This document shows positions 50,430 to 63,279 of a DNA stretch of 64,000 nt, piece by piece. The DNA is from Vicugna vicugna. Taxonomy: Eukaryota. How positions within the stretch are numbered: the first letter of the stretch is position 1; each line of letters opens with the position of its first letter. The translations under genes and the position numbers were made by a program. The DNA lies in contig MU058153.1 in the NCBI GenBank assembly GCA_013265495.1, positions 746,001 to 810,000 of the forward strand, read 5' to 3'. The notes beneath the pieces were generated by a model, which worked only from the letters and a program-made list of their open reading frames with translations, was not told the origin of the DNA and searched no databases.

Positions 50430-50790
50430 ACCATTACTTACTGATAGCATAATATATGCTGAACATCATATTGAGCATTTTGCATACAATCTTCTTCAGT
50501 TTCTACCAACTCTCCCCTATAGGCATCCTTGTACACTTTTTAGATGAAGAAACCAAAATCAGAATTATTTGACTATTTAATTTAGACTCAATCCTGAGGC
50601 AGCTCATTGCTTTGATACTTAATCACTAGTGAGCTCTGTCAAATTACTTCTCTGGGTCTCAATCTCTTTATTACCAAAGGATGATAGAATATACGTATCA
50701 CAGGGTTTCTATAGAGATGAAAGAAATAATGTTTCTATAGCATATATAGTAATAACTAGGTGCTTGTTATTAACACCCCAAGTCACACAA
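50430..50790. mobile_element. Two MIR fragments in opposite orientation
   Basis: 'tttttagatgaagaaaccaaaatcaga' (minus) then 'ttacttctctgggtctcaatctc...tcacagggtttctatagagatgaaagaaataatg' (plus). Confidence 0.55.
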
Positions 50791-51222
50791 CCTGTTAGTT
50801 TCCAGGAATGGACTACAAACTTAAACTTATTTTATCAGAGAACTCATTAATTCATCATGGACGCTCTATTAAGGAAAATTTGAAGACAATGTACTGTAAG
50901 AATCTTGGGACATGGTAAGATGCATATAAGCACAGTGATTTAAATTCCTGGGGATTTTCAATAATTGATGAAATAAATGCAATTATATTCAGATTGTGAA
51001 AGCAATGAAGGTAATTCAGTTATGTAAATGATTATTTTTTTCTGTATTATTCTATTTCTCATGTGATCAACTTTTTCCTTTTAGATAATGAAACCAACAT
51101 TTCTGAAGTTCTGTTTGTTTGTTTTGCTAGCATGCCTAACACAGTACTAGGATACTAAGTGCCCGCTGCGTAATTAGGATAAAGTGCTTTTAAAGATGTC
51201 TCTCTGGAGTGCAGATGTCCTG

Positions 51223-51759
51223 TATGCAGAGAAGAGTTAACACAGACCTGGGATTGCTGTGCTTAGAAAGCCTTGCTGGTGAAGTTGACCCCTCACTCTC
51301 AAACTTGGATTTTGGGATAATTCCTACCATTTTTAGAATTGAGAGTGGCCCACGGCAACTAACTGAACAGACAGTGTGGTTTATGCTGAGCACCTGCTTT
51401 CTTCCTAGAATTTTGGTACATGCCAGGCAGAGGGTGTGTAAATAATCAGCCTCTTAATAAAAACCCGGGCACGGAGGCTCTAGTGAGCTTCCCTGGTGGA
51501 TGGCATTTCACTTGTGTTGTCAGAATGCCTTGCCAGAGGGTAAAGCACACAGTGTGTGAATCCGCCGGGAGAGGACTCTGGGAAGCCGGTTTGTCACTCC
51601 CTCTGGACTTGTCTCCATGTGCCTTTCACCTTTGTTGATTTTGCTTTGTATCTCTTGGTTTCAGTGAATCATAGGCATGAGTAAGACTATATGATGAGCC
51701 CTGGAAGTCTTCTTAGTAAATCACTGAACCTGGTGACAGTCTTTGGGACCCCTGGCACA
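51223..51759 (+). mobile_element. MER68-like ERVL solo LTR
   Basis: 'tgcagagaagagttaacacag...cttagaaagccttgct...aacttggattttggga...tctagtgagcttccctggt...gtaaatcactgaacctg...gggacccctggcaca'. Confidence 0.85.
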
Positions 51760-52640
51760 CTCTAGTTCAGGGACCGTCAAGCTTTGTAAACCTGCCCGTC
51801 CACAGTAGCTCCAGGCAGTACATTTGGCATACAATGGCAAACCTCCAGGGCATGGAAAAGGATAGGGGTGTATTGCGGTGGGGGGGAGGGAATCGGATGT
51901 GTGATAAAAAAAAAAAAGTCAGAGAACATAAGTTATGAAGAGGAGAGGATAATTGGAGATAGAAGAAAGGAGAAGGTTATTAGTGTCTTTGAAGGATTAC
52001 ATAATTATCTCTTCTGCCTCTTAACTGTTTTCATAACCAGCTGAGAAATAAGCAAGGGCAGAATGTGGAAGCTAGATGACTATCTTTATTACTTATAAAG
52101 GCTGTGTTTTACTTTATAATGGCATAATTGTTGAAGTCCAGTGGATTTGCTATAAGAATTAAAAAAATGTATATTACCTATCTTATTGGATTACATATGG
52201 CTTGTTCTGTCATTTCCTTCAGCTATGCTTGTGAGCTCCTTACTATCAGAAGGGAACGCCAGGAATGGGAAAACATTACCACTTAACATTAGAGGCTGGC
52301 AAATAGGAGGTCTGTTGATTATTTCAAATGCTCTCCAATGACTAAGCAACATACAAAAGAGGAAGGGTCCAATGGTGTGGAAAGTCAACATTAGGAATTC
52401 ACAACTGGTAAATTCTCCTCTGTGAGCCATATTCTCTAAGTTGTTTCACAAGGAGGCTCCAATCCAAAGTCAGGTATTCAAAGTTAGTTTGAGAAAAATC
52501 TGTTACAAAATTAGAATATTAAAGAAAGGGACAAGGACTTTGGTAGAGGCAGATCATATGGGTGTTTTTGAAATATCCTAGGTATTTTGAAGTTAAGCTG
52601 CTCACTTGAAACACGACACGTGTACTGTCAACTTTACTAT

Positions 52641-53104
52641 TGAGGTTATGGGTTCAGCTGTTGTACTAGAGATTACGAATAGCAGTGGCTCAACATATAA
52701 GTCTATCTTTGATCCCACGTAGTAGTCTAGGCCAGGCAGGGCTGGGTCCGTGATGTCAGGAACCCACGTTCGTTGTGTCTTGTTCTGTCTTCCCTAGGGC
52801 ACTGCCATCTACACGTGGTTGAAGATGACCTATCAGTTCACACACATTCTTGCCAGCAGGAAAGAAGTATAAATCTCTTCAATTTCAGAACATTGCCTGG
52901 AAGTTGCACATTTCATTTTTCTCACACAATTTTTGTCATGATCTTAGACTCATGACCATACATACATAGTTGCAAGGGAGGCTGGCATATGTCTCTTTTC
53001 TTTTTTATTTTCTGGGGAGCCATGTATCCCACTAAAAAGTGGGGGTTTTCTTGCTATAGAAGGGAATAAGTGTTATTGAGGGGTAATTAGCATTTATTTA
53101 CACA
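52641..53104 (-). mobile_element. MLT1 (J/K-like) MaLR LTR
   Basis: 'ggttcagctg...aatagcagtggctcaaca...gtcaggaaccca...gttgcaagggaggctggcatatgt...ggagccatgtatccc'. Confidence 0.75.
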
Positions 53105-53409
53105 CTTCATCCCTCTAGCCGTATAAATATTTGAGTTCACCATCGGAAACCTTTACCATTTTAACACATTCACTCATTCCTCTAATAGAAAGTTGCAAAC
53201 TCTCTTCTGGGATATCTGATTTTATAAAGCCTTTTTCATACTTATGAATGTGATTTAGATTTTTCCAATTAGATTTTGGAGGAGGGAGTGAGACTCAGGT
53301 CCCACTGTCCATTCAGTAGCTCTCAGGGTACAAAGCATTCATTTCCTGTATGCAGACTGCAGTAGATACAGCCGTTCTGGAGTATACACCAATAGCTACA
53401 ATTTACTGA

Positions 53410-53739
53410 ATTGTGGCAGCTTCCTTGGCTGTGGCTGTTTTATGACTGTGGAATCTTTCCAATATCAGCTGCTTCCAATGATGGCAGTGATAGTGTGGTT
53501 CAGCTGTAGTAGGAACTTCGAGCAGCATCCGGATAATTAAAGATTCAGAAACTTCCTTGGAGTCCAGATTCTGTGTTCTGACGTTAGGAGTAATTGCTTA
53601 AAGTGTAAACTGGTCTGTTTCCTCCATCTTTCCAATGATTCTGTGAGTCACCCAACATGCTACAATAACTCATTTCTGCTTAAACTAGCTAGTGTGAATT
53701 CTACTCTTGGCAACTGAATCCTTCTGACGAATTAGTACA
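53410..53739 (+). mobile_element. Ancient ERVL-type LTR 3' part
   Basis: 'ctgtgagtcacccaa...aataactcatttctgcttaaactagctagtgtgaattctactcttggcaactgaa'. Confidence 0.6.
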
Positions 53740-53759
53740 GCCAGCTGATAAATAAGTCC

Positions 53760-54545
53760 TTTCACTTTATTTGTTCATTGATGTGAACAAAAGATAAAAT
53801 GCCTTCAAACAACTTACAGTCGAATAACTGACAGCTAAAATTTACTGACAATTTACCATGTGCCAGACATCTGAGAGTCTTTCCAATGCTAAGATGTTTA
53901 ATGCCAATAATCACCTACGTATTAGGAATAACTGTATCCCTGTTCTGTGGGTTTGAAAACTGAGTTTTTAAGAAGTTAAGCAGATCCTGAGTATATAAAA
54001 CTTGTATGTAATCCAGACAGCATTTGGAATCAGATGACCTGGCTTAACAATTACTGGGAAGACATTTATTAAAATCATCATTAAGCATGTACTAAATTAA
54101 TTATGATTCTATTAAGAATGATGAAGGAGAAGTGCGTGATACCAGCACAATGGAGAAAAAGTTGAAAGATGGATCAAAACCATTGGGCATGTTGATAGGT
54201 GCCACTGAAGTTTCTGTAGGGAGGAGTAATCATTGAACTACATTGGCATGTTTACAAAATCACTCTGACTGCTGAGTAGGAAATGGTTTGAAGTGTGAGC
54301 ATGTCCAGATGTTCAGAGACCAGTTAGCTGGATATTATACAAGTGAAACGGGAATGGCCAGGGTGTCACCTGCTGCAGTGGGAGTAGGAGTGGAGAGAAA
54401 TGCAAAAAAAGTGACTGATATTTGAGAAGTAGATTGAAGAAACAGTGATGATTGATTTAATATTGGAAACGAGAAGGGAGAACTAGTGCAGGGTGACGTT
54501 CAGATTTCTGATCTGAGAAAGTAATTAGATGTTGATTCCATTAAT
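53760..54545 (-). mobile_element. L2 fragment interrupted by a MIR (about 53830-54050)
   Basis: 'aaaatcactctgactgctgagt...gagaccagttag...ggtgacgttcagatttctgatctgag'; MIR 'tttaccatgtgccagaca...gaaaactgag'. Confidence 0.7.
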
Positions 54546-55989
54546 TCCATATTCGTGGACTATAGTTACCTCCTCTGGATAGAGCATCCTCTGAATATAG
54601 CAAAGACAGAGTATTCGTAAAAAGTGGAAATGTACTAAGAATTTCTCACTAGTGTCCCTGTGCTAAAAAAAGCTCTGTGTACATTTTTCTGGACAGTGTT
54701 AGTGAGTTCTACAATATTGATCAAAAAAGACTGATCTCTGTTTCCCTGGAGATGTATTAATCTTATTTGGCCTTATTCCATACATCACCAGTAGTCAAAA
54801 TTTAAGAGTAATCTATTTTTTTTTTTGCTTTTAACTTTTAACGCCTTGTGAAGTCACTCTTTTATGGGGGAAGCTGGAATTCAGAATAGCAGCTTTTAGC
54901 TGCTTTGAATCACATTCCTTTTGTCTTACGAATCCATCCTGAGCTGCAGATAAAGTCAACAGGCCTACCAGAAAGCACGAAGAAAGGCATTTTAAACCCC
55001 TCTTGGTTAGCGTGTATAACTACTCCCGTCATTAAACTAAATATTTCAGATCACTAATAAGCCAATTAAAATAAAACTGACTTCTTATAATTTAAATTGA
55101 GGCAACATACTATATAAAAGGTGGCCTGAAATTTTTAAAAATTTGAGTTCTGAAACTTTATATAGCAATGCTTTACTATATTTTCTCACCAATAAGTCCC
55201 ATGACTTAGAAGTGTTTGTTTATTGGATAAACTGCTTTTATTTGATATTAACAGCTTAATTTTCCCATTCTGTTATCAATAATACATTAGTGCCCAACAG
55301 ACCGTTGATGAACACAATGATACTTTGTTTTCATACTATAGTAATATAATTTCAGCCAAGGCAGATAACTTTGGTATTTTATTTAATGAAAGCAGACTTA
55401 TTATGGGTCTTTTGTTCTTTAAAATACTGACAATCAGGCTTAATGCTTCAGTGTGCACATATGGCTCCTTCTGACATATTGAAAAGTGAAACTCAAATAT
55501 CATCTTACTCCTTTAATGGGAAATTTGGAGTTTAATATCTAAAGATTCAGAAACTGTTGATCTGGAGGAATATGGGTCATTTAGGTCAAAAAACAAAAAA
55601 CAAAAAAAAAGAAAAATTTTATTTGAAAAGTAGAGAAAAAATTGGGTGTTCACATTTTGTTTGGTGTGTCTTAAGAAATCTCTTCTGATGGAAAGGCACG
55701 CCTTACTCCAAAATGACTAGAACATAATGCTGCAGGAACTTCGCTCTGCATAGAGACTGCCAATTGTCTAAACAGCCCTCTTCAAGTGCTTGCCTGCTCC
55801 CTTCCAGGTCTGTTACCCGCCAGGTGCTAAGTGAAAGGAGCAAAGGTTAGAGTTACAATCCCTGAAATCCATGGTTTGCTAATCGTGGTTGAGTCCCAGA
55901 AGCAGGTGATCCTTTTTCTCCTGGAAACATTCCCAAGCATTCAGAGCTTCAGTCACTTCCAGTTCGTGGAGAAAGGCATGGCACTGAGC

Positions 55990-56200
55990 AGTGTCTTTCT
56001 GTATTAGGCACCGGCAAGCACATTGCTTTATTTGATCCTCCTAACAACATCTTGTGGGCAGTATTATTATCCCCATTTTATAAATAGCTTCGAGAGGTTA
56101 AGTAACTTTCTCAGAAACACAGAGCTAGGAAGAGACGGAGCCAGTATTTGGATCTAAATCTCTCAGACTCCGCAGTTAAGGCTTTTAAATACTATGCAAC
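55990..56200 (-). mobile_element. MIR SINE
   Basis: 'gcagtattattatccccattttataaat...gagaggttaagtaactt...ggagccagtatttg'. Confidence 0.85.
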
Positions 56201-57310
56201 CCTTCTGCCTTGTAGCTTCCTTTTTCTTAACTGGAGAGTCACACTTACCTCCAGTAATTGACAGCTACAGTGCAAGCTGCCACATTTAAAGGCAACTCGG
56301 ATCTCTGATGGTATTCTGTGCTCTTGAAATTTCACTTGGGCTTCCTCCAAAAAAAATGCATTTCAGCTCCTCCTACTTCACTGACTTCAGAGTTGTTGCT
56401 TTTTAGGATTTGGACTCTGAGATAGTTAGCTCTTGTATCATAGAACAAAAATTGTATGTTTTTGTGTATGTTGACGTGTGTAAATATGTGATCAGAACCA
56501 TCTAGTTCTCAGTGCTTCCGTAAAGGAATTATTTCTTTCAAGTGTCAAGGAGCATTGCTCCTTAACTGGTTTCTCTAGAACACTTCTCTGAAACTTAAGA
56601 TAATCTATTCACAATATCTGTTACAAAATGCAAATTACTTACAACTTCACATTTATTTGTGGTAAAGAGCATTATGATGTATTTGTCTCAGAATAATTCT
56701 GAGTTTAATATATGTTTTAGGAAAACAAATTAGCTTTGATGTACTTTTTTCTGGGTTCAAGTACCCATATTTTGGTGGTTTTGTTGTGAATCTGTTGAAA
56801 GTTATTATTGTTTTAATTTAAATCACTCAGGTCACATCCTTCTTAATAATTTAGATTGAGAAAATACTGGCTGTTAGGACTCTCGAATGTTCGGGAAGGT
56901 GACTTCACCTCGGTCCACCCCTGTACTCATAAACTTTACTTTGGACACCTTTTCAGAACAAGAGCATGAAATTAGAGATTTATGAAGGGGCCTTCAAATA
57001 TCCTCTAGACAAAATGAACATACACATACCAGTGACTGTTTCAGGGTCACACAACCTACTATTGGCCAACTTGAGCTTAAGCTCCTACTCCTTAAACTTA
57101 AGTCTGGTGAAATTCCTACTCAAAAAACAGTTCTCAATATTTTGTGAACCCTGGGAGCTACAGAGTTACTGCAAAAGCTTTGTGACTCACATGCACCAAG
57201 TATTATCTATAGACAAACTAAATAATGTCCTGCACGTAAATATATCGCTCCTTCTTAAATGCTTGTAGACCTTGTTGTTTTTTTTACATTTTAAATGTTA
57301 TGAAATTAAT

Positions 57311-57477
57311 ACTATATTATCTAAAATAAGACACAATTTGCAGCACTATTTTTTCTGATACTCTAGGAAAAATGTTACTATTATAGTTTTACCACACCAT
57401 TGATTGAAAGATGCTCACTAATTTTACGTATTTAAAATATGAAAAATAATGTCAGTTTTAAAGGATAGCAATACCAT
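57311..57477. mobile_element. MER104-like TcMar-Tc2 DNA transposon remnant
   Basis: 'tactatattatctaaaataagacac...caccattgattgaaagatgc...ttaaaatatgaaaaataatgt...aatacc'. Confidence 0.5.
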
Positions 57478-57977
57478 TTTGTCGATATCATTTTTTTTTT
57501 GTACTAGGATGCAACGCATGTTATGATATCACAGAGTATTTCTTCTACAGCAGAGACTTGTCTTACTTCATCCTGTATTGATTGTATTTTATTGTATTGT
57601 ATTGATTGTATAATTTGGCTCACTTCATACTGTACTGATTGACAGGACTTGCCTAGTTGGTTGTGTCTACCTGATTTCATGGCAATGTGGTGAAGATTGT
57701 CTAAGCAAGGACATATTATAACATTCTTAGAAGAATGCATGACACAGAAAACAGTCAACAAATCAGTGTTACCTCTCACTATTAACATTCCACCATCACC
57801 ACCATAGTTAATACTTCTGCCCTATTACCTCAAGGGAGGTAGCACTTGTATGAAAAAGGCAAAAATTAGTTGTGGAATCTGTATTTTTCTTAAAGACCCA
57901 AGGTGATTGACTTGGGCAGCCACGTATGAGAGCCCAGGATAAAGACAGTGTGGCATTTACTTTTTTTTCTGCTCCAG

Positions 57978-58070
57978 ATATTCATCAGTGTTCAAGAGAA
58001 GTTGAAAGCTAAGAATGGATTTGTCGTTCTCATTCTTAAGCATTGGATAGATACTTTGATTTACTTCTGT
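57978..58070 (+). other. Weak candidate 93-nt exon, phase 0-0
   Basis: 'ttactttttttttctgctccag|ATATTC...TTCTGT|gtatgt'; open frame IFISVQEKLKAKNGFVVLILKHWIDTLIYFC; donor only moderate. Confidence 0.15.
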
Positions 58071-58429
58071 GTATGTGGAAATGGCCAACTCTTGAGCTTC
58101 ACTAGCTGGAAAATTAAAGTGTCTCTATCTACCAGTCTTGTGAACCAAAGTCTGGGAATTTATACATGCAAACAAAGTGCCTGAGTTGCTTTCAGAAAAT
58201 ATTGGGTCTTTATCTTCTACCTACTATTCAAATTGTGCAAAGCAGTTTGACATGGAATCCTAAATAATCTTTGTAAAAATTGGGTTTAAACTGCTTACTT
58301 TAGGATTAAAACAAAGGATAAGTTTGTTTTCATTTTAAAACTAGAGGTAAATTAGGAGATGACTTTGGATTGTGTAAATTTAGATGGATGAAGACCAGAA
58401 GTATCAATAGCAGAAAAAAAACGGTGATA

Positions 58430-58660
58430 CTTAAGGATGTATATTTGCCAGACGACGGTGTTTAACATGAATACATAGTATCTTTAATTCTCACAACAAC
58501 TTTAGGAGACAGGAACTATTTATGTTTCCAAGATATAGCCAAGGACACGGGTTCAGAGAGATTAAGTAATTTGCTCAAGGTAACACAGCTAGTAATAGAA
58601 AGTGCCAGTGTGTCTAACACCAGATCTCTCTGGCTCTGAAGTTCTTTTTCTTAATCGCTA
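58430..58660 (-). mobile_element. MIR SINE
   Basis: 'tttaattctcacaacaactttaggag...ggttcagagagattaagtaatttgctcaaggtaacacagctagtaa'. Confidence 0.85.
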
Positions 58661-59272
58661 CACCAGATGATGTGTGCTTTTAGTTCACATTTCAGAAGCA
58701 GGTGTTAATTCTGTCTTTGCTGTTACTGGTTCTATTAAGGTTTCTTCTTCTTTTAAGAAGATCCCTTGACAGCATTCTTTCCTTGGCAACCCACGGATTC
58801 CCTGCAAGTGTTAACTCACATCAAACCCTGTGTTTTTCTTTGGAAAAAAAATGTTATTCAACAAATATTAGTTAATATGTGAGATAACTGCATTGCATAC
58901 TCGAGAGGTCTGCACAAAGAAGATGTGGGCATATAATTCAGGAGTTTACAATCTTATAAACATCAAAAGCACATGAGAGTAAGGAGCCTTGCAAATTTAG
59001 ATATCTGCTACAGGTTCACTGAATGAAGGTACATATTTTATTCTCTCCCACTTTCCCACTGGCATACATCACACTGTCCCAAAATTGGATGTTCCATCAT
59101 CTCTCTTGCCATCTTGTCACGATAAGCAAACAGGATAATATGTCTGTTATCTCTGCTTCAGTGTAGACTGTCCAAATTTTGATGTTCTAAGAGTCTCTAC
59201 AATGTCTATAATTACCTGTCCTACCTCTGCTTTGGATACCTGAGGGTGTAATAATTTCTTGTTAAGGAGAAG

Positions 59273-59301
59273 ATATATATATATACACACACATATATAC
59301 A

Positions 59302-59333
<32 letters not shown>

Positions 59334-59334
59334 C
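59273..59334. repeat. Compound (TA)n/(CA)n/(TACA)n microsatellite
   Basis: Read directly. Confidence 0.95.
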
Positions 59335-60269
59335 CAAAAAATTCTCATTTTATCATCATGCCTGTCCTGGAATAAATCAGAAATGTGACTAGAAAGAGTG
59401 CATCTTCCTCCGTAGCTGCATCATTGAAAGTGACTCTGAGGATGCAGGATTCCCTTGTTGCTGTGAGTGTGGACAGGAGGCACCGCTCTGGGCAGGCTGG
59501 GGAATATGGGTAGGCTGAGGAAGTCAGTGAGACGGCAGTGTTCTGTGCTGCGTTCTTAATCACATTTTATCTACACGCCTAGTTTGTGATAAGAAAGGTA
59601 CCGATCACAATCCCTTCAGTGAGTAATGACCTGCTTACCTACTAGTGGGTGAGCAAATTGCATTTGACCACTTTCTATAAAATATTTCTCCCTCTAATCT
59701 GCTTGCAGTTATGAGTTGAACAATGAAGTGACTAGTAGAATCAGATAAATAACGCTTTGTGGATTAACTAGACTTTCTCTGTCAGATTTTGTCAAACCTT
59801 TGAGATTTTCTTCATGGACTGTTAAGTAGCTGTCGTGTTCAAAATGTGCCTAGGGGTGTATTTCTTTGTATCTTGCACAATTCGGTGAAGAAGGAAAAAA
59901 TGTGCCCTAATATCAGTCAGCCAGTGCAGCTTCTCTCTGGTGCTTCCTTCCATGATGATGCTCTGGGACCTGGGGTGCGGGCGTTTCGTATTCTAAAGGG
60001 AAAACATGTAATTTAGCAGCCAAACCAGTCATTGGAAGAAAGGGATTTTATATTTTGTTCAGACATATTATCACTATAATAAACACCTAACCTAACTATT
60101 TTTTGAGACTTCTGGTTCAAGGAGAGGATTTAACGGGAGAAGGGGCTGGAAAAAGTCAGCGATGGGTCAAAGGGGAAGGGAAAAAAAAAAAAAGAAGAAG
60201 AAACCATACCAGAATATGAAAAGCACAGAAGAAAGAGGGGAAGCGGCTCAAGGATTAACAGGGAAGGAG

Positions 60270-60490
60270 CATATAAAGCAGCAGAGAAGAGCAGAAGCTT
60301 TGGAGCAGACTCACTTGCACCCAGTTGATGGCTGTGCCATTGCCAGCTATGTGACCTCGGACAAATTATTTCACCTTATTTCTTTTATTAAAAAAAAATT
60401 GCGATGATTCCTGTATGTTTTCCATGTTATTGTGAGACTTCAACGGCATTTTATGTGAAACACTTAGCTCAAGGCTTAGCCACAAAATTA
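60270..60490 (+). mobile_element. MIR SINE
   Basis: 'gctttggagcagac...ggctgtgccattgccagctatgtgacctcggacaaattatttcacct...atgtgaaacacttagc'. Confidence 0.8.
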
Positions 60491-63279
60491 CCATCCGTAG
60501 GCAGGAACCTCTATGTGATTGTACTTTCTTTAGAATAAAAAAAAAGGACTTGAGAGTCGCAGATAAGGTTGGAAGTGGTAGATTGCCAGACGCTGCTGTT
60601 TCTACTGTCGTTCGGGTCAACCACACCAAATGCTGCTCACCCCTGAACCCTCTAATTTTGTGCTAATATTATTCCACCTCCGTATTTAGAAACCACGCAA
60701 ATGGTCGGACCCACGAGTCAACATCCGTGTTGTACTGTGGCTCCGAGATAAGTCTCCATCAGAACTGATTCCACTGGCTGCATTTATCTGGGCTCCTGCA
60801 GTCTCGTGGCATTTCAGCCTTCATGGACTTCCTGGGAGTTGATTTAAGGTGCACACATCAGTCAGAGCCTAATCAAGCTCAAAGCTAGTGGCTTCTCAGG
60901 GGATGAGACAAGCAACCATTGAGGCCAGTGCAATCAAGGTGGCCCTTGGGTTCACAGACCCCCACCTGAAATAAATCTGGAGAGTGCCTTTTAAATTCAG
61001 TAAGCACTGATGAAGCAGCTGCCCAAGGGGAGACCCTGACTGCACACTATAAATGCATCTATCACGGAGCAGCCATAAGTAACACTCTTTGGTTTTTATA
61101 AATAATTAACTCTGAGTAGTAGCTAGTAGCTTGGCTGAATTCTCAGGGTACTGGTGTGCCTTAGATTCGGAATAAATAAATGTAAAATTTTGAGCCTATA
61201 TCCTATTGTGTGTGTGAGTGAAAACTCTTACATTTTGTTTGTTTATTGATCTGTTTTATTCTTCATGTGGCTATTAAGTGCAAGTTTATTTCTAGGAAAA
61301 ACACGGGGCATCACAATGGTTTAATGTCCTTTGGCTCTCATTATTTTAAGCTGAGGTTTCCCTGCAATGGATGGGTAATAAGGTGACCCAAAACCAAGGT
61401 TGATCTCCTTATCCTGTGGGAGCTGGTGAAAGAGAGGGCCAGAAGCTTGGCGGGCAGAAATGACTCCTCAGATAAACAGGCTTTTTGAAGGTAACAAATA
61501 AATCTTGATGCTTGAATGAGCTGGTGTGAGGTGAAGACTGCTGGATGAGGATTCTCTGCTGTGTTCTTCTGGGACCTCTTCATTTAGTGCCTTTGTGTCT
61601 GTAAAATAAAAACAATGATCTCTTGTCTTGTGAATTTCCATGGAGATGTCCATTAGTTTCATTAGGATGATGCAGTTTCAAGGGCAGTCTGCCTCCCTTT
61701 GCATGGGGTTCCTCACATGCATTCCCATTCAGAGGTCACTTGCTTGCTTACGTTTTGAGACTCATTTGAATTAATGATACACTAGATGTCTAAATACAGC
61801 TTCCAACTTAGAAAACTTAATTGATAAGAAATAATAATTCAGATATAATAATGTTTATTTCCTGTGATGCTCCATGTAAGCTCAGAGTCTGACAATTAGG
61901 CAGTTTTCATTTTAGGAGACAATTGAAACCTTCAGAAATCCTCAGAAAATGCAACTGTGTCCAAAGTAACTAGAAGAGGACTCAATCATTGCCTCAGAGA
62001 CATTGTAAATAATCTGTTTTTAAGATGAAACAATGCAAGGCCGCAGAAGGTATCAAATTTCTGCCCAAGCAGGGGCAACTGAAATACACATTTTAGGAAA
62101 ATTTAGTCATGCAAAAAAAAGAGAAAAAATTAGCAGGAATGTTTATTAAGATATAAGTAACTGTAACTGCAAAGTGGCTTCGCTAATCCTCAACTCAAAT
62201 AAAAGCAGAGAATGAAGCAGTGTCTGTTTTAGCCTTAATTGGAAGTAGTGACCATTTCCTAGAAATTTTAAGAGCAAGGTATTGTAATCAGACTGTGATG
62301 TTTGGGTTGACATCCCGTGCCTACAGCCATGTAGCCTTGCACTAATCACTTACTCTATGTCTTCCTCAGTTTCTCTACCTAGAAAAAAGGAGTAGAAATA
62401 GCTGGAATATGTCCCTTGTAAATGCTATTTATAAATGCTTTTGAGTAGCATTTACAGTCATGAATTCACCCTTAAAATTAACTTCTGGACTCTTTCTTGA
62501 ATATGGGGTTAACAAAACAGAAAGTTACAGTGATAAACTCTGGACACCAGAAGTCACCATGACTCCTGTTCTGAATTCCATTATGCGGTGATGGTGATGA
62601 TGATGATGGTCGTAATGACCAGGTCAATGCCTTAAAAGGAAATGGACACAAACGCCATCACATCTGTGGGTAGTGGAAAGAGAGTGACCTAGTCAATGTG
62701 TCTAGAGCTTTGAGTAGAGGTGGAGATTGCATTTTCTAGTCACCTAGGTCTGAACTCTCCCACTGTCTTTGTTTAGTTTCAGAACTCACTGAGAGAGATG
62801 TGGCCTCTCTTTTTTGAACTTACAGAGCCAGGCAATGCAGCATATCATTTTGCTCTTGTGTTCCACATAAACCACACATATCAGGCATATATATATGTAT
62901 GCTGTTTATTTATTTATTTATTTTAACAGGTGTTCCTGAAGATTTTTTAATCTACTATAAGCAAACAGTTTAGCAACACAATTTTAAATTAAATATTAAA
63001 CAAGCTTATACCTTCAAATCCTTCACCTTAGTTCTTCCCAAATGCTGATCTTTTGTGTTCATGTCTGGCCATTCTCCCTTTTGTCTCCCTGAGAGTTATT
63101 GCTTTTTTTCCAGAAAGTATGTGATAGAGTCTGTTAGCAACTCCAAAATAATTTCTCTCACTGTATTATGCAAAGCAATCTGACCCTCCCCAAAGGCTGT
63201 CAAAGGACGATATCTGCGTAACCACAATGTCGTAGGAGAAACTGAATTGAGAGAGAACCTATTGTCAAACAGATGGGTC

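Noticed and set aside
56243..56400. Minus-strand exon ending at a consensus donor (GAG|gtaagt)
   Set aside because: No clear acceptor, and the open frame has no ATG; isolated consensus donors are expected by chance in 64 kb
62905..62975. Acceptor 'ttttaacag|GTGTTCCTGAAG'
   Set aside because: No matching donor, and the frames close quickly
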